Shown: piece by piece, positions 39,067 to 52,791 of the stretch
Layout of the letters: each line of letters opens with the position of its first letter
Position numbering within the stretch: position 1 is the first letter of the stretch
Origin: Pseudovirgaria hyperparasitica
Taxonomy: Eukaryota
DNA: 64,000 nt
NCBI GenBank assembly: GCA_010093815.1
Contig: ML996577.1
Strand: one strand, 5' to 3'
Program-made: the position numbers and the translations under genes
The notes under the pieces: model-generated
What the model saw: the letters and a program-made list of their open reading frames with translations, nothing else
Databases searched by the model: none
What the model was told of the DNA's origin: nothing

Positions 39067-40445
39067 ATGCCTCGTTTACTCCCGCGATCAATTCTGCATG
39101 CTCAGTCTGAGAATCCTCTCCTCGCGAAACTACTCCCTACATGCAGAAGTCTCGCGTCTGCGCGTAATGAATTGCGATGGCTCCGTGAGCACGCTATCGA
39201 CCACCATGCCACTGAGCGTAGCCCGGCTTCCAAGGGTGACAATAACAATTGGAGAGCGAGATTGAAAGAGCTAGTCGCACGACGAGCGAGAGGTGAACCT
39301 CTGCAATATGTTCTGGGAACTGAATGGTTCGGAGACCTTGAGCTCGTGTGCCGCCCGGGTGTACTCATACCGCGGTGAGTTCAGTCGACACCATCAGCTC
39401 ATGTAACGTATATGAGAGAAAGAGATGCTGGGTCTACGGAGTTGTGCTCTTGCAATAATATCTCGAGACATACGTCAAGTGAAATGCGCCCAGCATGCGA
39501 ATCAACGAGCGTGCCAAAGCCAGCTTGTGTTCATGCAAGACAACTGCCGTCTGCCGAGCGACCTGTGTGTACCACAGCATTTTGCGACTTGCTGCTAACC
39601 CAACGATCAGGCCGGACACCGCGACCGCTATAGGCTACCTCGTACAGCGGATGCTCGAGCGTGACCCTCACAAGTGGAGAAAGACACTTCGAGTGCTTGA
39701 CCTTTGCACAGGCTCTGGCTGCGTATCTTTGTTTTTCCAGCACGAATGGATCAGGTTCATGCCCGTAATCCCTGAAATCCGCACTATAGGTGTGGATCTG
39801 TCTCCGAAAGCTATATCACTTGCACAGCTGAACCGAGACCGCCTGCTGAGAACTAAGCATGAAGACGTTGAACGGCACAAAGCATCACAGGCCTCTCACT
39901 TCTACGATACTGCATTCATTGAAAGTCTGAGCAACACCAGCTTCCTGCACGCTGATGTTCTCGAGGAATCACAGCTATGGCAAAAGCTAGAGGCTGAGCA
40001 TAGCCTGGCAGCGGACATACTGCTGGCCAACCCACCATATATATCAAGATGGGGCTTCCAGCATTCGACAGAACGGTCAGTGCGTAGACATGAGCCTAAG
40101 ATGGCTCTTGTGCCTCCCTTGCCATTCTCAATCCCAGGCAAGGACTGCCCTAAACGAGCAGACAGTGACGACCTGGGTGACTTATTCTATGAACCATTAG
40201 TCAAGACCGCATTAAAATCCGATGCAAAGATAGTTTGGTTCGAAGTTGCAGATATTGAACAAGCCGCACGAGTGGCACATCTGATCACCTCGATGGCTTC
40301 CGCGCGCCCAGAACAGCTGGAACTGTGGAGAGAAGAACCGATGCCTGGTATAGAAGGCCTGGAAGGAAAAGACGAGATATATCAGGGTTTTATTGTCAAG
40401 GGCAGAGGAAATGGCAGATCTGTAGTCTGGTGGCGAGATGGATAG
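39067..40445 (+). CDS. MTQ1: HemK/PrmC-family N5-glutamine methyltransferase (mitochondrial release factor, Mtq1-like), 2 exons: 39067-39374, 39611-40445
   Basis: RRARGEPLQYVLG, VLIPR|PDT, SAM motif LDLCTGSG, NPPY, HEPKMAL; intron 39375-39610 (GTGAGT..GCTAAC..CAG). Confidence 0.88.
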
Positions 40446-40974
40446 CGATAGCCACTGATGATCTGGTGGAGATTGGCCTCATGCTTACACGATTGACATA
40501 TAGTTAGACATTCTCGTCGTACGCCTATTGTGCCTGATGTTCACAATATTAAGAGCAAGGTTCATGGGAGGCAAGGACAGAATGCTTGGTATTATTCTGT
40601 GGAGCTCCGAACTACCCCACCAGAGCTCCTCCTGCCGAAGTCGGATCCATATGCAGATTTGAACAGGCAAACCGTGACCCAGGCGTGTATGGTAACTTAC
40701 TATACATACCGCTGCTATTACTGTCCATCTCAGCGTACTACCCTTGTGAATCAGACGTCTCTCCTCAGCTCAACAATCGTGCTTAAACAAACATTGAAAG
40801 GTATCCAGACTCTTTGTCGCAAGCCATCCTACCTCTATCAGATTACACTATTGCCCTAGTCCCGAGGTCGGATCGAACAGTCATTCGAGAGCACGTGTTT
40901 TAGGTCATTCAACTCATCATATATAGTCGAACCCCAAGACATCAGCACAATTTTATCGACGCTACACAATAATA

Positions 40975-42323
40975 ATGCCAGAACGGTCAGACGTACATTA
41001 CTTCGGCGCTGGCCCGGCACCACTTCCATCTGCAGTGCTCGAACGTGCTTCTCAAGCCTTGCTCAACTACAAAGGTCAAGGCGTTGGCATATGCGAGATC
41101 TCGCATCGATCGGCGGACGCAAATGAGATACTTGCCGACGCAAAAGCAGCCCTCACGAGCTTGCTTGACATACCTGAAGATTACGAGATCTTGTTTCTTC
41201 AAGGCGGAGGTAGCGGAGAGTTCAGTGCGGTCGTCTATAACCTAGTCGGCGTCTGGGTTGAGAAGAGGCGTGCACAAGCCGAGAAGGACCTCAGCGCCTC
41301 TACCGATGCCAAGGGTGAAGCACTTGAGCAGAAGATATTTGAGCGGGTTCAACGAGAAGTCAAAGAAGAACTTAGACTCGATTACTTGGTCACAGGATCT
41401 TGGTCACTCAAAGCTTCCCAAGAAGCATCTCGACTCATAGGTGCAGAGTATGTGAATGTTGCAGTCGACTCTCGCAAAGCCAATAACGGCAAATTCGGTG
41501 TGATTCCGTCAGAGTCAGACTGGAAGCCTACACCAGGGAACAAGGCTGCGTTCACATACTTCTGTGACAATGAAACCGTTGACGGTGTAGAGTTTCCCCA
41601 ATTCCCAAAGAGCTTGGAAGGAGCAGATGCCCCCTGGGTCGTTGCAGATATGTCATCCAACTTCATCAGCCGCAAGGTGGATGTCAGCAAGTATTCGGTC
41701 ATTTTCGGTGGTGCACAGAAGAATGTCGGTAATGCCGGGATTACAATAGTGATTGTGAAAAAGTCGTTACTTCCACCGGCATCACCTCAGGCCGCACCAG
41801 AATTACTACGGAGGCTCAATCTCCCCATTGGTCCAATTGTTTTCGACTGGCCGACTATTGCCAAAAATAATTCGCTCTACAACACCTTGCCCATATTCGA
41901 CGTCTGGATTGCGGGCCAAGTCATGTCTGACCTTGTATCCACCTATGGGGCAAAGAAGATAGCGGGCCAAGGGGAAATATCTGCTGAGAAGGCAAACATC
42001 ATATATGGCACGCTAGAACAGTACCCAAATGTGTACAAGGTCGTTCCCGACAAAACAGTCCGTAGCAGGATGAATATCTGCTTTCGAGTAAACGGGGGCG
42101 ACGAAGAGAAAGAGAAGACTTTTCTTGCGGGTGCTCAGAAAATCGGCCTGCTGGGCTTGAAGGGTCACCGAAGTGTTGGTGGCATACGCGCAAGTAATTG
42201 TAAGTGCGAGGAAAAGCTTTGGCTCAGCCAGATTGCTGATTGATCATCACAGACAATGCCGTGTCACTGGACGGCGCTAAGAAGCTCGTTACCTACCTCG
42301 AGACGTACGCTACCGGTGCATAA
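40975..42323 (+). CDS. SER1: Phosphoserine aminotransferase, 2 exons: 40975-42199, 42253-42323
   Basis: FGAGPAPLP, EISHRS, QGGGSG, TGSWS, NETVDGVEF, ADMSS, PLP lysine in GAQKN, SLYNT, KGHRSVGGIRASN|YNA; intron 42200-42252. Confidence 0.97.
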
Positions 42324-44229
42324 TCCTTCACTCTGTAAAATATGTGTGTTTTGTTTACATTTGGACTCGAATTGGTACGTGCGACGCAATTCCGTAACAT
42401 AGTCTCCGAAGCAGACATGCTCATTCAACATGATACCCACACTAGACAATGGTTTCAAAACAGTGAAAGTAGAAAATTGGCAGTGCACGAAGTCTTGAAA
42501 TAGTAGCGAAATCCAGGTAGTCTCCGAAAGTGGATGCCGTAGCATTAGATGGTGTAAAGAGACCCTATATCTTACCAACCCTTGATCCCAGTCAGTGAGA
42601 CCACGGGCTCCCGAGACCGCCAGTATGCTTGTCAGCGACATCAATGCATACTGAAGTATAATGCCAAGTACTTAGTTCGTGTTTGTTTGACTTGGATCGG
42701 CGTATTCTGCTATGTTTAGGCAGTGTGGCGCACATCATACAGACAGATGACGGCACCGAAACCACTCCTTACAGCGCCTCTCAGCATGAACAGGAATGAA
42801 CACGACAGTTCGACATTGGAAGATGCGTAGTTGCCAATAATTCCAGGACACAAAATGATAACCTGAAGCTTGTTAAAAGTGGGGCTCCCAAGCGACCGAG
42901 CGGCTTCCCGGATACCCTGAGATCTCAAACTGCGATGTGACATCTACGACGCCATCAACATCGACCTCATCAATGCACCCTACATCTTATTCTCTCTTTG
43001 GCTATAGGATATAATTGGGTATATCTGCTATCGGCGGATGACCCTGTCTCTTCCACCGGCTACGAGGCGCGCGACATTCTTAACGCTTCATACGACAGGG
43101 CTAGATGCAAGCTCTACACACGAAGCCATGTAGACCAGCACCATCGATCTGACTCCAACCAGGGTCATGTTCGTCCCAGGTTGCCACGCTCACTCAGGTC
43201 AGCTCTGACTGTAACTTGTGCTCGCCATGGGATGACGGATGTGCACACTACATTCATTACCTCGAGACTTCGTATAAGAGTATTACGCGCAATGAGCAGC
43301 ACGCCTTTTGCGATTATCAACGGCGAAGTAGTCCGAGGGGTCTAGGATATTCTTATGGTTCTTACAATTCTGTCTTGGTACCTGACTATCGATGTTCTCG
43401 TTACGCTGAGTCTGGCACTGTTCGCGTTTCAGGGCCCCCCTTGGCTGCTTGAACCCATTCTGCGTGCGCCGCACCTCTCAAGCGTGAGAACGATCTCCGA
43501 GTTATCCCACCAACTGAAGTGAGTGTATCTGATGCAAATGATCGGAGGGTGCGAAGCATCCATGGCCCGTCTACGTCATAGTATTCAGACAATGAGCTCG
43601 ACGATCTGCTAATTCAGCCAAGGGCTATTGAAGCAGGTAGGATAGCATACAAATGTGGATCTTGACTGTCTATGGTTGAACTTCGCTGGTGATTTTTGGT
43701 TGCAGACATCCTTTCTGTGTTTTAGAAATATTCTTGGCCGCTGTCAAATGCAATGAGAGGGTAAAGACTGGCTTATACGATCGTGGCGCTTCTATATGGA
43801 GTATCGGATTGGCCGCAGCCGGTATGTCGATTATTGCATGAGCATCAGGTCTCTTTCACGTTTAGCGTCTTTCGCTTGACAGTTCGATCTCACCTATACT
43901 GCAAGCCCTTTGAGGTTCCAGGAGTCCAGGTCACGAAACCCAAGGCGCCATCAATCGATGTCTCGGCTTGTTCATATACCTTTGCTGTCTCATGCTGTTG
44001 CCCCCTCCAGATGCTCCGCTCTTACATTCCTTCACTTTCTCTCTATCCGGGCTGGTACCAATTTTTCCTATTTGTTTTCTAAGTATCAACAACCACGCGT
44101 GTTTCCTCTTTTCTCGGTTTGGGCATTCTTCATGAATCTCCTCACCATTACGTTCTTTCAACAAGACTGGTCTTCGTTGTCACACTAGTTCGCTCATTCA
44201 TTGCTTTCGGATTTGTGCCAGTACAAAAC

Positions 44230-46364
44230 ATGGGAGAATGGCATCTTACACAGGTATCGAATATAAAGAGAGCAGATGGCTCATTCGCACAATATGAGCA
44301 ATCCACGAATATTACGACGATAACACTCCTCGAAATTATGGGGATGATGACGGAGATGGATACACAGAGCCTGGACCAGTTCGGACAGGTCAGGGCGCTC
44401 ATCGACAGTCTTATCCTGAGCAAAGTTGAGACACTTCGGACAATGCACATCGCTTTAAGCTGTATAGGTATTGCCTCTGTGCTCGTGGTGATCTTTTGCA
44501 TCTTGCAAGAAGCCAGGAGGTCTGCAAAGCTACGAGTAACACTCAGACCACGGTTAGTCGATCAGTGGTTTTGTCCAAGACTCACTGACATGGATAGAAA
44601 ATTTGACCTCCTTCATGACGTGCATGAGGCTGAAAAATTCCCTCTTACGCTTGTGTTCACAGCTTTGATCCAGCAAGCTGTGTTCGTTGGTGTGCAGAGC
44701 TCAGCTCTGCATAGTGTTGTAGTGACGGGCTGCTCGAAGGTTGCGCAAGTAGTTTTTCCCGGTATAAGAGATCAATGCAAAAAGGTGGTCTATAAGCTGA
44801 CATAAGTGCTGTAGCTATCTTCCTTCTAGGGTACACTACTTTCGTGTACGGCGTGGAAATAACGAGACGTTCGCTTGGATCGAAACCATTCAGACCAAAA
44901 GGCAAATGGACCGGTTCCATATGTACCGCTTCGGTGGCTCTGCTTCTCCTTTTCACCTGGATACCAACCGCTATCTGGCGATCACCAGATCGCTGCTTTG
45001 GCAATCTACTTTGGTTTCCTGTTCGATACAACGTCATTGCAATTAGCGTTGTATCATTACTGATATTTATTTTGATTCTTATGGGAGTGATTGTCATTAC
45101 GCAGCTCAAGAGAAGCGTACAGGTCGATGAGAACGAGAGACTGTCAGCATCATTGATCTGTTACTACATCTTTCTGACTGTTTTTATATATGTAAGTCCC
45201 TGTTGTCTTACAAATCTGTGATAGCCACTGAACATATACTAGACGCTCATTCTTCCTTTCTTTATCCAAGCTCTTCTTCACAATTTCGACTCCAACCTTA
45301 CGAGTTCTCGTTTGGCTGAAGTTGCTTTATTCGGTAACACCCTTTTTCTTGTCACATTTTATTTCTTCTTGCGCGTCAACGCAACTCGTTTGACCATAAA
45401 AGCTCCTGGTGCCCTCGGTTTCTCAAAGGGACACCGTGGCAGGAGTTTTGGCCCCGGCTATATGGCATCAAGTATCAGTGAACCAATTCTCTCGACTACC
45501 CACGATATCGACAAGACCATTCTGCTGTTCGATAAGAAAGGTCATCTAGAACCTGACTTCGATCCTCGAGCAGAGACGTCTAGCATTACCGAGCAGGGTA
45601 TACTCTCACCGGGTCGACTTGACCCCTCAACCTGGCCATCGCCCCCTGACCCTTGCAGTCCGACCACAGCCAGTCCTTCAGATCTGACGAAAAGGACAAA
45701 GTCAAGCTATTCAATCTTCCCAACTCGCGCCGATGAAATACCTCGGCTGCCTCCTTCTGTCTATTCCTTCAACAAGTCAAGCAGCTTGAAATCATTCGCA
45801 CCATTCAAGCGCACCACGACTGCGTCTGAAGTAGCCTCTATCACTGACGTATCTGCGTCTTACGAGGGTCCACTTCGTCCTCCATTACCCCTATTTGCAC
45901 ACCGTCATCGCCGAGATAGTAGCGGTGGGAGCAGTGCAACTGTACAGATAGGACTGAGACTATCTGTTGCGCCTGCTACGATTGCAGCTGGGCACATTAC
46001 CACACAAAATCGCACAATACCAATCCGGCGACCAACACTGCCTGCGCACCCTGCAGTGCTTCGTCGCGATCACAGTAATCCAAGTGTCGAAAGCCTAGTT
46101 CTGCCTATCCAGACTCCATCAGGATTTACTTCCAAAGACATTACCACCTCTCAGGTGCAACCACAAAAGGCCGGTGAGACTTCTACCGAGACTGAGACTC
46201 GCATCACACCGACCGAGAGCAGTGGAGAATATCTCGAAAAAGCCCGCGACAAGGTCCTGCCACCGATACCTCATCCATCTGGTACCCGTGGCGTCAGTGG
46301 ACTCAGGCTGAATCCGGTTACACTACCACCTGCAAAACCTGCAAACAACGCGGGCTGGATATGA
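44230..46364 (+). CDS. Multi-pass (GPCR-like topology) membrane protein with Ser/Pro-rich cytosolic tail; exons 44230-44552, 44598-44761, 44815-45191, 45243-46364
   Basis: About 7 hydrophobic segments across three ORFs joined by GT-AG introns 44553-44597, 44762-44814, 45192-45242; tail motif HRRDSS..SSATVQIGLRLS; start codon uncertain. Confidence 0.78.
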
Positions 46365-47149
46365 ATTCTCTATTGGCATATCTGTAGACAAGCCTTATGC
46401 TACATTCATCAACAACAACCACAAGCCTGTCGCGCGCATATCCAAGTCTGAGACAAACTATCCCCCCGCCTAGCCTGGGGGTGATTCAATAAGTGTTTCA
46501 TCAGCGTCAGTGGCGAAACAGGGCTTTTGAGTTCTTCTAACGCCAGCATGAATCCACACAACTCTGACTCGCAGAACTTGACCCCATAACGACTCTACTT
46601 TGGCACCTACTACTTTCATTCGTCCGCTATGACAGCCGTATGATTCTTGGTGTTTTGTCTTTGCCGTACATTTATACCTTCTACAATATAGATTTGGGGA
46701 TGTCACTATTCCTAGATCGAGTTTTCGTGTACATTATATCTTACGATGCAGTCGAATAGAAGCGGACTTTTGATTGTTTTGGTTCGATTGGGAGGGAATT
46801 ACTGATGTATGATGCCTGTGATACGTGATGATTGAATATCGAAATATCGACCAGGTTCATTGAACATGAGTGTCGCGTACAGGACACTGTACCAAGACGG
46901 ATGAGTGACCTTTTGGGACTTATGTTTGCTTTATGTGGTAATCAGTCTTGATTGCGGTAAGTATATTCGATCTTTGAATTATCTTGTATGTATAGAATTC
47001 TAGCCAATCATGGCGGAGGCTCTGCTTACGTAATGGAAACTCACTCCGTAACAATTCGAGGTTTTGGTATTGCGCGTGGAAGTCCGCAACGCGACTACGA
47101 AGGTCGCCAACTTCATCTTCTCAATCCCTCACTCCCACATATCGCAATC

Positions 47150-48709
<1,560 letters not shown>

Positions 48710-49090
48710 GGGGCAAAGTGAATGGTAGACAGATTTGATAGCAAAGGCGTTTAGGCATAGACACTCGTAGGCAGGCTAAAAGTGAGCACCCTATGTACCA
48801 ATATTGTATCGCTAACAGGCGTGAGAAAACTATGAATAGTCTATTGATGGAACAATAGAGTCGTGTCATCATTCAGGATATGCTGGGTGGGCCTTCACTG
48901 TGGCGTACAATAGCTAAAGTTGACGCACTTTCACATTCTGACTCACGTCAATAGGCAAAATAGTTTGGGTATGAGTAATCGAACTTAATTGCACCCCCTT
49001 GCCTCTATATGCCCCGGCACTGGAATGACTTTACTTTAATTCCATTTACAGTTTTTTGAGAAATTCACAACATACCTTTAATACATCAAC

Positions 49091-50572
49091 ATGGCATACG
49101 ACTTAGATATGAAGTCGAGAAAGGAGCGTCAGCATCAGGACGTCTCAGAAGATGCTAATTGCCATGATACGAATCTCACTCAGTCTTATTCGGACAAGAA
49201 ATCACAACGGCAAGGCCACATCCCGCACTCGAGGAGATCCAGAAAAATGATTTCCGCAGACCAATTTCATGCAGACTCAGCCTCTTATGAGTGGACACAT
49301 TCACCATTCAGCACGTTCAGATCACTCTATCCTCCTCGAAATCACCTCACCGCTGAACGCAGACGCCAAATTGATGACTTCAACACCTCGTTCGGGGGCT
49401 CTCAAACTGCACATTCCACACCTACGGACCAATACAAAAACAGTCTCAACGCATACATGCTCTCGACATACCGTCGCTTCGCCGCGTTTCAGAACGAATA
49501 CCTCTGGCTCCATGACAAAGCAGACTGTTATCACTGCCAGGACATCCTCCTCGAACACTTCCGTTCCTCGTTGCGCTCGGTTGAAAGCTACCTCGATGGT
49601 CTCATCCTCGAAAATGCTCTGGACCAGCCGTATAACACAGACTACGATATCATGGGGTTGTGGTGGAGTGCCAATGGGAAGGCTTTCGAATTCAATAAGC
49701 TCCCGACGGAGCTTCGTGCTCAAGTCTTCAAGCTCTGTCTTCCGCACGAACGGCACGGTCGCAGGTTGTCAATGCATAAGGCCGGTCTCAACAATGTTAG
49801 CGCTCTGTCTGCCCTGGGCAAGTTTCTTGGAGATGGATTCAGGTCCCTCCTGCTTGTTTCCAAAAGCATACAATTCGAAGTCATGAACATCGCGCTTAAT
49901 GCAGGAACCTGGGTTGTCACTAGGCACCACCATCTACTCCGCATGCAATCAATCTTCACTGGTTTCTCTATCCGACAAATCGTCACGCTGGAGCTTGACT
50001 TTGACCAGCTTCTTAGCCCCGGAGAAGTCTTTCCGAAGGTGTGCTTCGATGCCGTCGCGGCACTTCCGCTCAGGAAAGTCATCGTTAAACTACCCTCACC
50101 GAACGACGAGGTCATCCTACGTGGTGGTCGAAGCTATAACATGCCGCAGCGGCCGATGTGCTACCGGCTTCATAGCGCCTGGATCCTGTGGGCTGTGCAG
50201 CCGCTGGTTCGCGACGTGCCATGTGTCCAGGTGACAGGATTTGCGACGAAGAAGCATTTACGCCATTTCATGAGGACGATCCGGGAGCATGCACGGATCG
50301 TTGCAAAGGCGCAGACTGTGGAGCTCTCACATTTCCGATACAGCGAAGAGGATGACATGGACGAGGGGGGAGTGAGCGTTGGGTTGGTGGATGAAGGGAA
50401 GGCAGATAGGCCATTGGAATATGTCGCCCCTCGCGAGGGTCATAGATCGATGCGTTCCCAACCGCGGGTCCACAAGGGAGTGGTGAATGAGGATATTTCG
50501 GCTAGGGTTCTCAAGTGTGAGTGTACGCCGCCGTGTAGTCCGGAATCTCTTGGGCAGTTCCTTGAGCTATGA
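49091..50572 (+). CDS. Hypothetical protein with F-box-like motif (intronless 493-aa ORF; true start uncertain)
   Basis: Long open ORF; FEFNKLPTELRAQVFKLCLP resembles the fungal F-box-like LPxE(L/I)R motif; C-terminal KCECTPPC. Confidence 0.7.
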   Translation: MAYDLDMKSRKERQHQDVSEDANCHDTNLTQSYSDKKSQRQGHIPHSRRSRKMISADQFHADSASYEWTHSPFSTFRSLYPPRNHLTAERRRQIDDFNTSFGGSQTAHSTPTDQYKNSLNAYMLSTYRRFAAFQNEYLWLHDKADCYHCQDILLEHFRSSLRSVESYLDGLILENALDQPYNTDYDIMGLWWSANGKAFEFNKLPTELRAQVFKLCLPHERHGRRLSMHKAGLNNVSALSALGKFLGDGFRSLLLVSKSIQFEVMNIALNAGTWVVTRHHHLLRMQSIFTGFSIRQIVTLELDFDQLLSPGEVFPKVCFDAVAALPLRKVIVKLPSPNDEVILRGGRSYNMPQRPMCYRLHSAWILWAVQPLVRDVPCVQVTGFATKKHLRHFMRTIREHARIVAKAQTVELSHFRYSEEDDMDEGGVSVGLVDEGKADRPLEYVAPREGHRSMRSQPRVHKGVVNEDISARVLKCECTPPCSPESLGQFLEL

Positions 50573-50989
50573 AGGGGGCGGATATTTAGATATCTACATA
50601 GGGGCGCCAAGGAACATTGTCTGGCAAAGACAGACACAAATATGATCCTTGGAAACAGGCCAATGTTTGTAGATTAGGATATGTGAACAGACAATGGTGG
50701 ATCTAATTTCAGGTCAATTCACTAGGCAAACGCGTGAACAGCCCGTATCCTCCGTGACTCAATCTAACACTGTGTAACCTTTTCTGAATATATAACAACA
50801 ACGCCAACACAAACTCAGATACAATACAACACGTCAAGTGAAATTCAGGTTTTCTCTCGCCCTATCGGATATAACGGCACTCCAGCCGATGCACGTAGAG
50901 CTATTCACCTTACTTTGAGCTGAAAATTTCAAACTCAAACTCAACACAGCACAGTCACGTAGACAGCCTCACACACCCGCTACTACATC

Positions 50990-52432
50990 ATGGATTCCTG
51001 GAAGTTGAGGGAACCAACCGTAGACTTCCAATTGTTCGATGATGGAGAGGATGGAGAGAACGGCCTCGATCAAACCCAGGGCGCAGGTTCACGACATCTT
51101 CCTCGAGATGAAGCACAAAGTGAAGGATGCAAGACTGACCCGGAACTCACTACGTCCAGCAATGACCTCTTCCAGGATACGGACAGTCGAGCACAGAGAC
51201 ACGGGTTTGGAAAGAATATGATCATGGATTGGCTGAACAGTGGTGAAATCAAGAAAGTCGACAGCGATTCTCCTACTCAAGACCAGATTCTCCGTGATCT
51301 GGGAGCTATAGAGCAACGTCGCAGAGCTTCCAGCGAGGCAGCCGGACCCATGAATCATGCCAGCTCACCAGAGTTGCCGAAAAGAAGTTCACCCCCAGCG
51401 GAAGCGGAGGAGGCAAAGAGGCCGCGACTGACAAGAGACAGCCACAGTTGGGACTCTCAGTACAAGTACTACAACAAGTCCATGGCCGCTTTGATCATGA
51501 ACACACCACCATCCCCGTGCCCGAGCCGCCGCTACCGAACCTCCGAGCCCAAAGGCAGCGACAACACAGTACGCCGCAACCTCTTCGGCGCCATCGGCGA
51601 GAACCGCCCACAATCCCACCGTCGACCCAGAGATCCCAGGCCCATCCTCCACCCTATCGCAAACAACCCACAGCTAACCCGTGAGTCCGCACGCAGCCCC
51701 CCTCAAATCACCCCTTTCTCACCAAGCCGAACCTACAACCTCCCGCTCACAAAGCGTCCTTGCCAAGAGCACCTCCCCCTCGAACTCCACGCCATGTGCA
51801 AATCATGCACGACCAACCTCCTCAGCGCCACGCGCAAGCATCCCGCGTCAAACCCCCCCGGACGCCTTTCCTACCCACGCATCAACAACGAGTGGTCGCC
51901 GTACAAGGATATCCCGCTGTGTCAGCAGGCTATACTGCAGAGATGGGCGCGGAATAGTGGGAATACGTGGATCGATGCGATGTATAAGTACCATGAGGGG
52001 GCGGGGTGTGCGTTCATCGACGTGGTCATCAGATATCGGACGGAGTCTAGATATCAGCGGAAGTTTCCGGGGCGGGCTCTTCCGAGACCGCGCGCGAGGA
52101 AGCGCGGGCAAGATAGATTGGAGAATCAAGGGATTGGGAAGGGGGGTTTTGGGGGTCAGGAGGGAGATGGTGGTGGGGATAGCATTATGGGGGATGGGGA
52201 GCAGGCTGCTGTAGTTGCTACGGTGGTCGATAAGGTGGAGTCGGGATCTGAGGATGGGATTCCTAAGCTTGATGAGGAGGGTTCTATTGAGGCATGTGAG
52301 AAACTTGTTGATGATACTGGCGATGAGTCTGATGACGCGATAGATCATAAGCTGGTTGACGGGTCTGCTTCTGCGAAGTTCAGCTTGGAACGTTATTTCA
52401 AGACTGAAAGTGAGGAGAAGAAAAGTTCTTAG
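50990..52432 (+). CDS. Hypothetical low-complexity protein (intronless, 480 aa)
   Basis: Long ORF with good ATG context (catcATGg); disordered N- and C-termini around a Cys/His/Trp-containing core; no family recognised. Confidence 0.6.
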   Translation: MDSWKLREPTVDFQLFDDGEDGENGLDQTQGAGSRHLPRDEAQSEGCKTDPELTTSSNDLFQDTDSRAQRHGFGKNMIMDWLNSGEIKKVDSDSPTQDQILRDLGAIEQRRRASSEAAGPMNHASSPELPKRSSPPAEAEEAKRPRLTRDSHSWDSQYKYYNKSMAALIMNTPPSPCPSRRYRTSEPKGSDNTVRRNLFGAIGENRPQSHRRPRDPRPILHPIANNPQLTRESARSPPQITPFSPSRTYNLPLTKRPCQEHLPLELHAMCKSCTTNLLSATRKHPASNPPGRLSYPRINNEWSPYKDIPLCQQAILQRWARNSGNTWIDAMYKYHEGAGCAFIDVVIRYRTESRYQRKFPGRALPRPRARKRGQDRLENQGIGKGGFGGQEGDGGGDSIMGDGEQAAVVATVVDKVESGSEDGIPKLDEEGSIEACEKLVDDTGDESDDAIDHKLVDGSASAKFSLERYFKTESEEKKSS

Positions 52433-52791
52433 ATTCTGAGACGTCGTAGTACTAATTGAGATATTCTCGTGTTGCTGATGAATGTTGATTGAATGAGGCA
52501 TGATATGATGGATATCAGGTACAAGTGAATAACCGTGACGCTAGTAAAGTGGGTCCAGAAGGGCAAGCCGGACTAATGGTTTTTGTAAGTATGTACGATA
52601 CATACGTAGCTGGACTGCTCTTTCTCAGCAACAGCCACGCCCTCATGATACACCCACAGCTTTAAACTCGACTTCAGCTCAACTTTGAGCAGCAGACACC
52701 TTTGCATAGCCATGTGTTTCGGAGAAACAAACCCTCGTTCGGGCTCATAGCTCTTTGAGAACGCCAGTCAACGCGCTGTCTCGAGCGCGCC

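Noticed and set aside
39427..39495. tRNA-like cloverleaf inside the MTQ1 intron
   Set aside because: No TTC T-loop or D-loop GG consensus on either strand; kept only as a generic structured element.
40835..40925. Minus-strand ATGATGA...CTGA candidate snoRNA in the SER1 promoter
   Set aside because: Minimal terminal stem and only imperfect rRNA complementarity that is not adjacent to the D box; likely chance.
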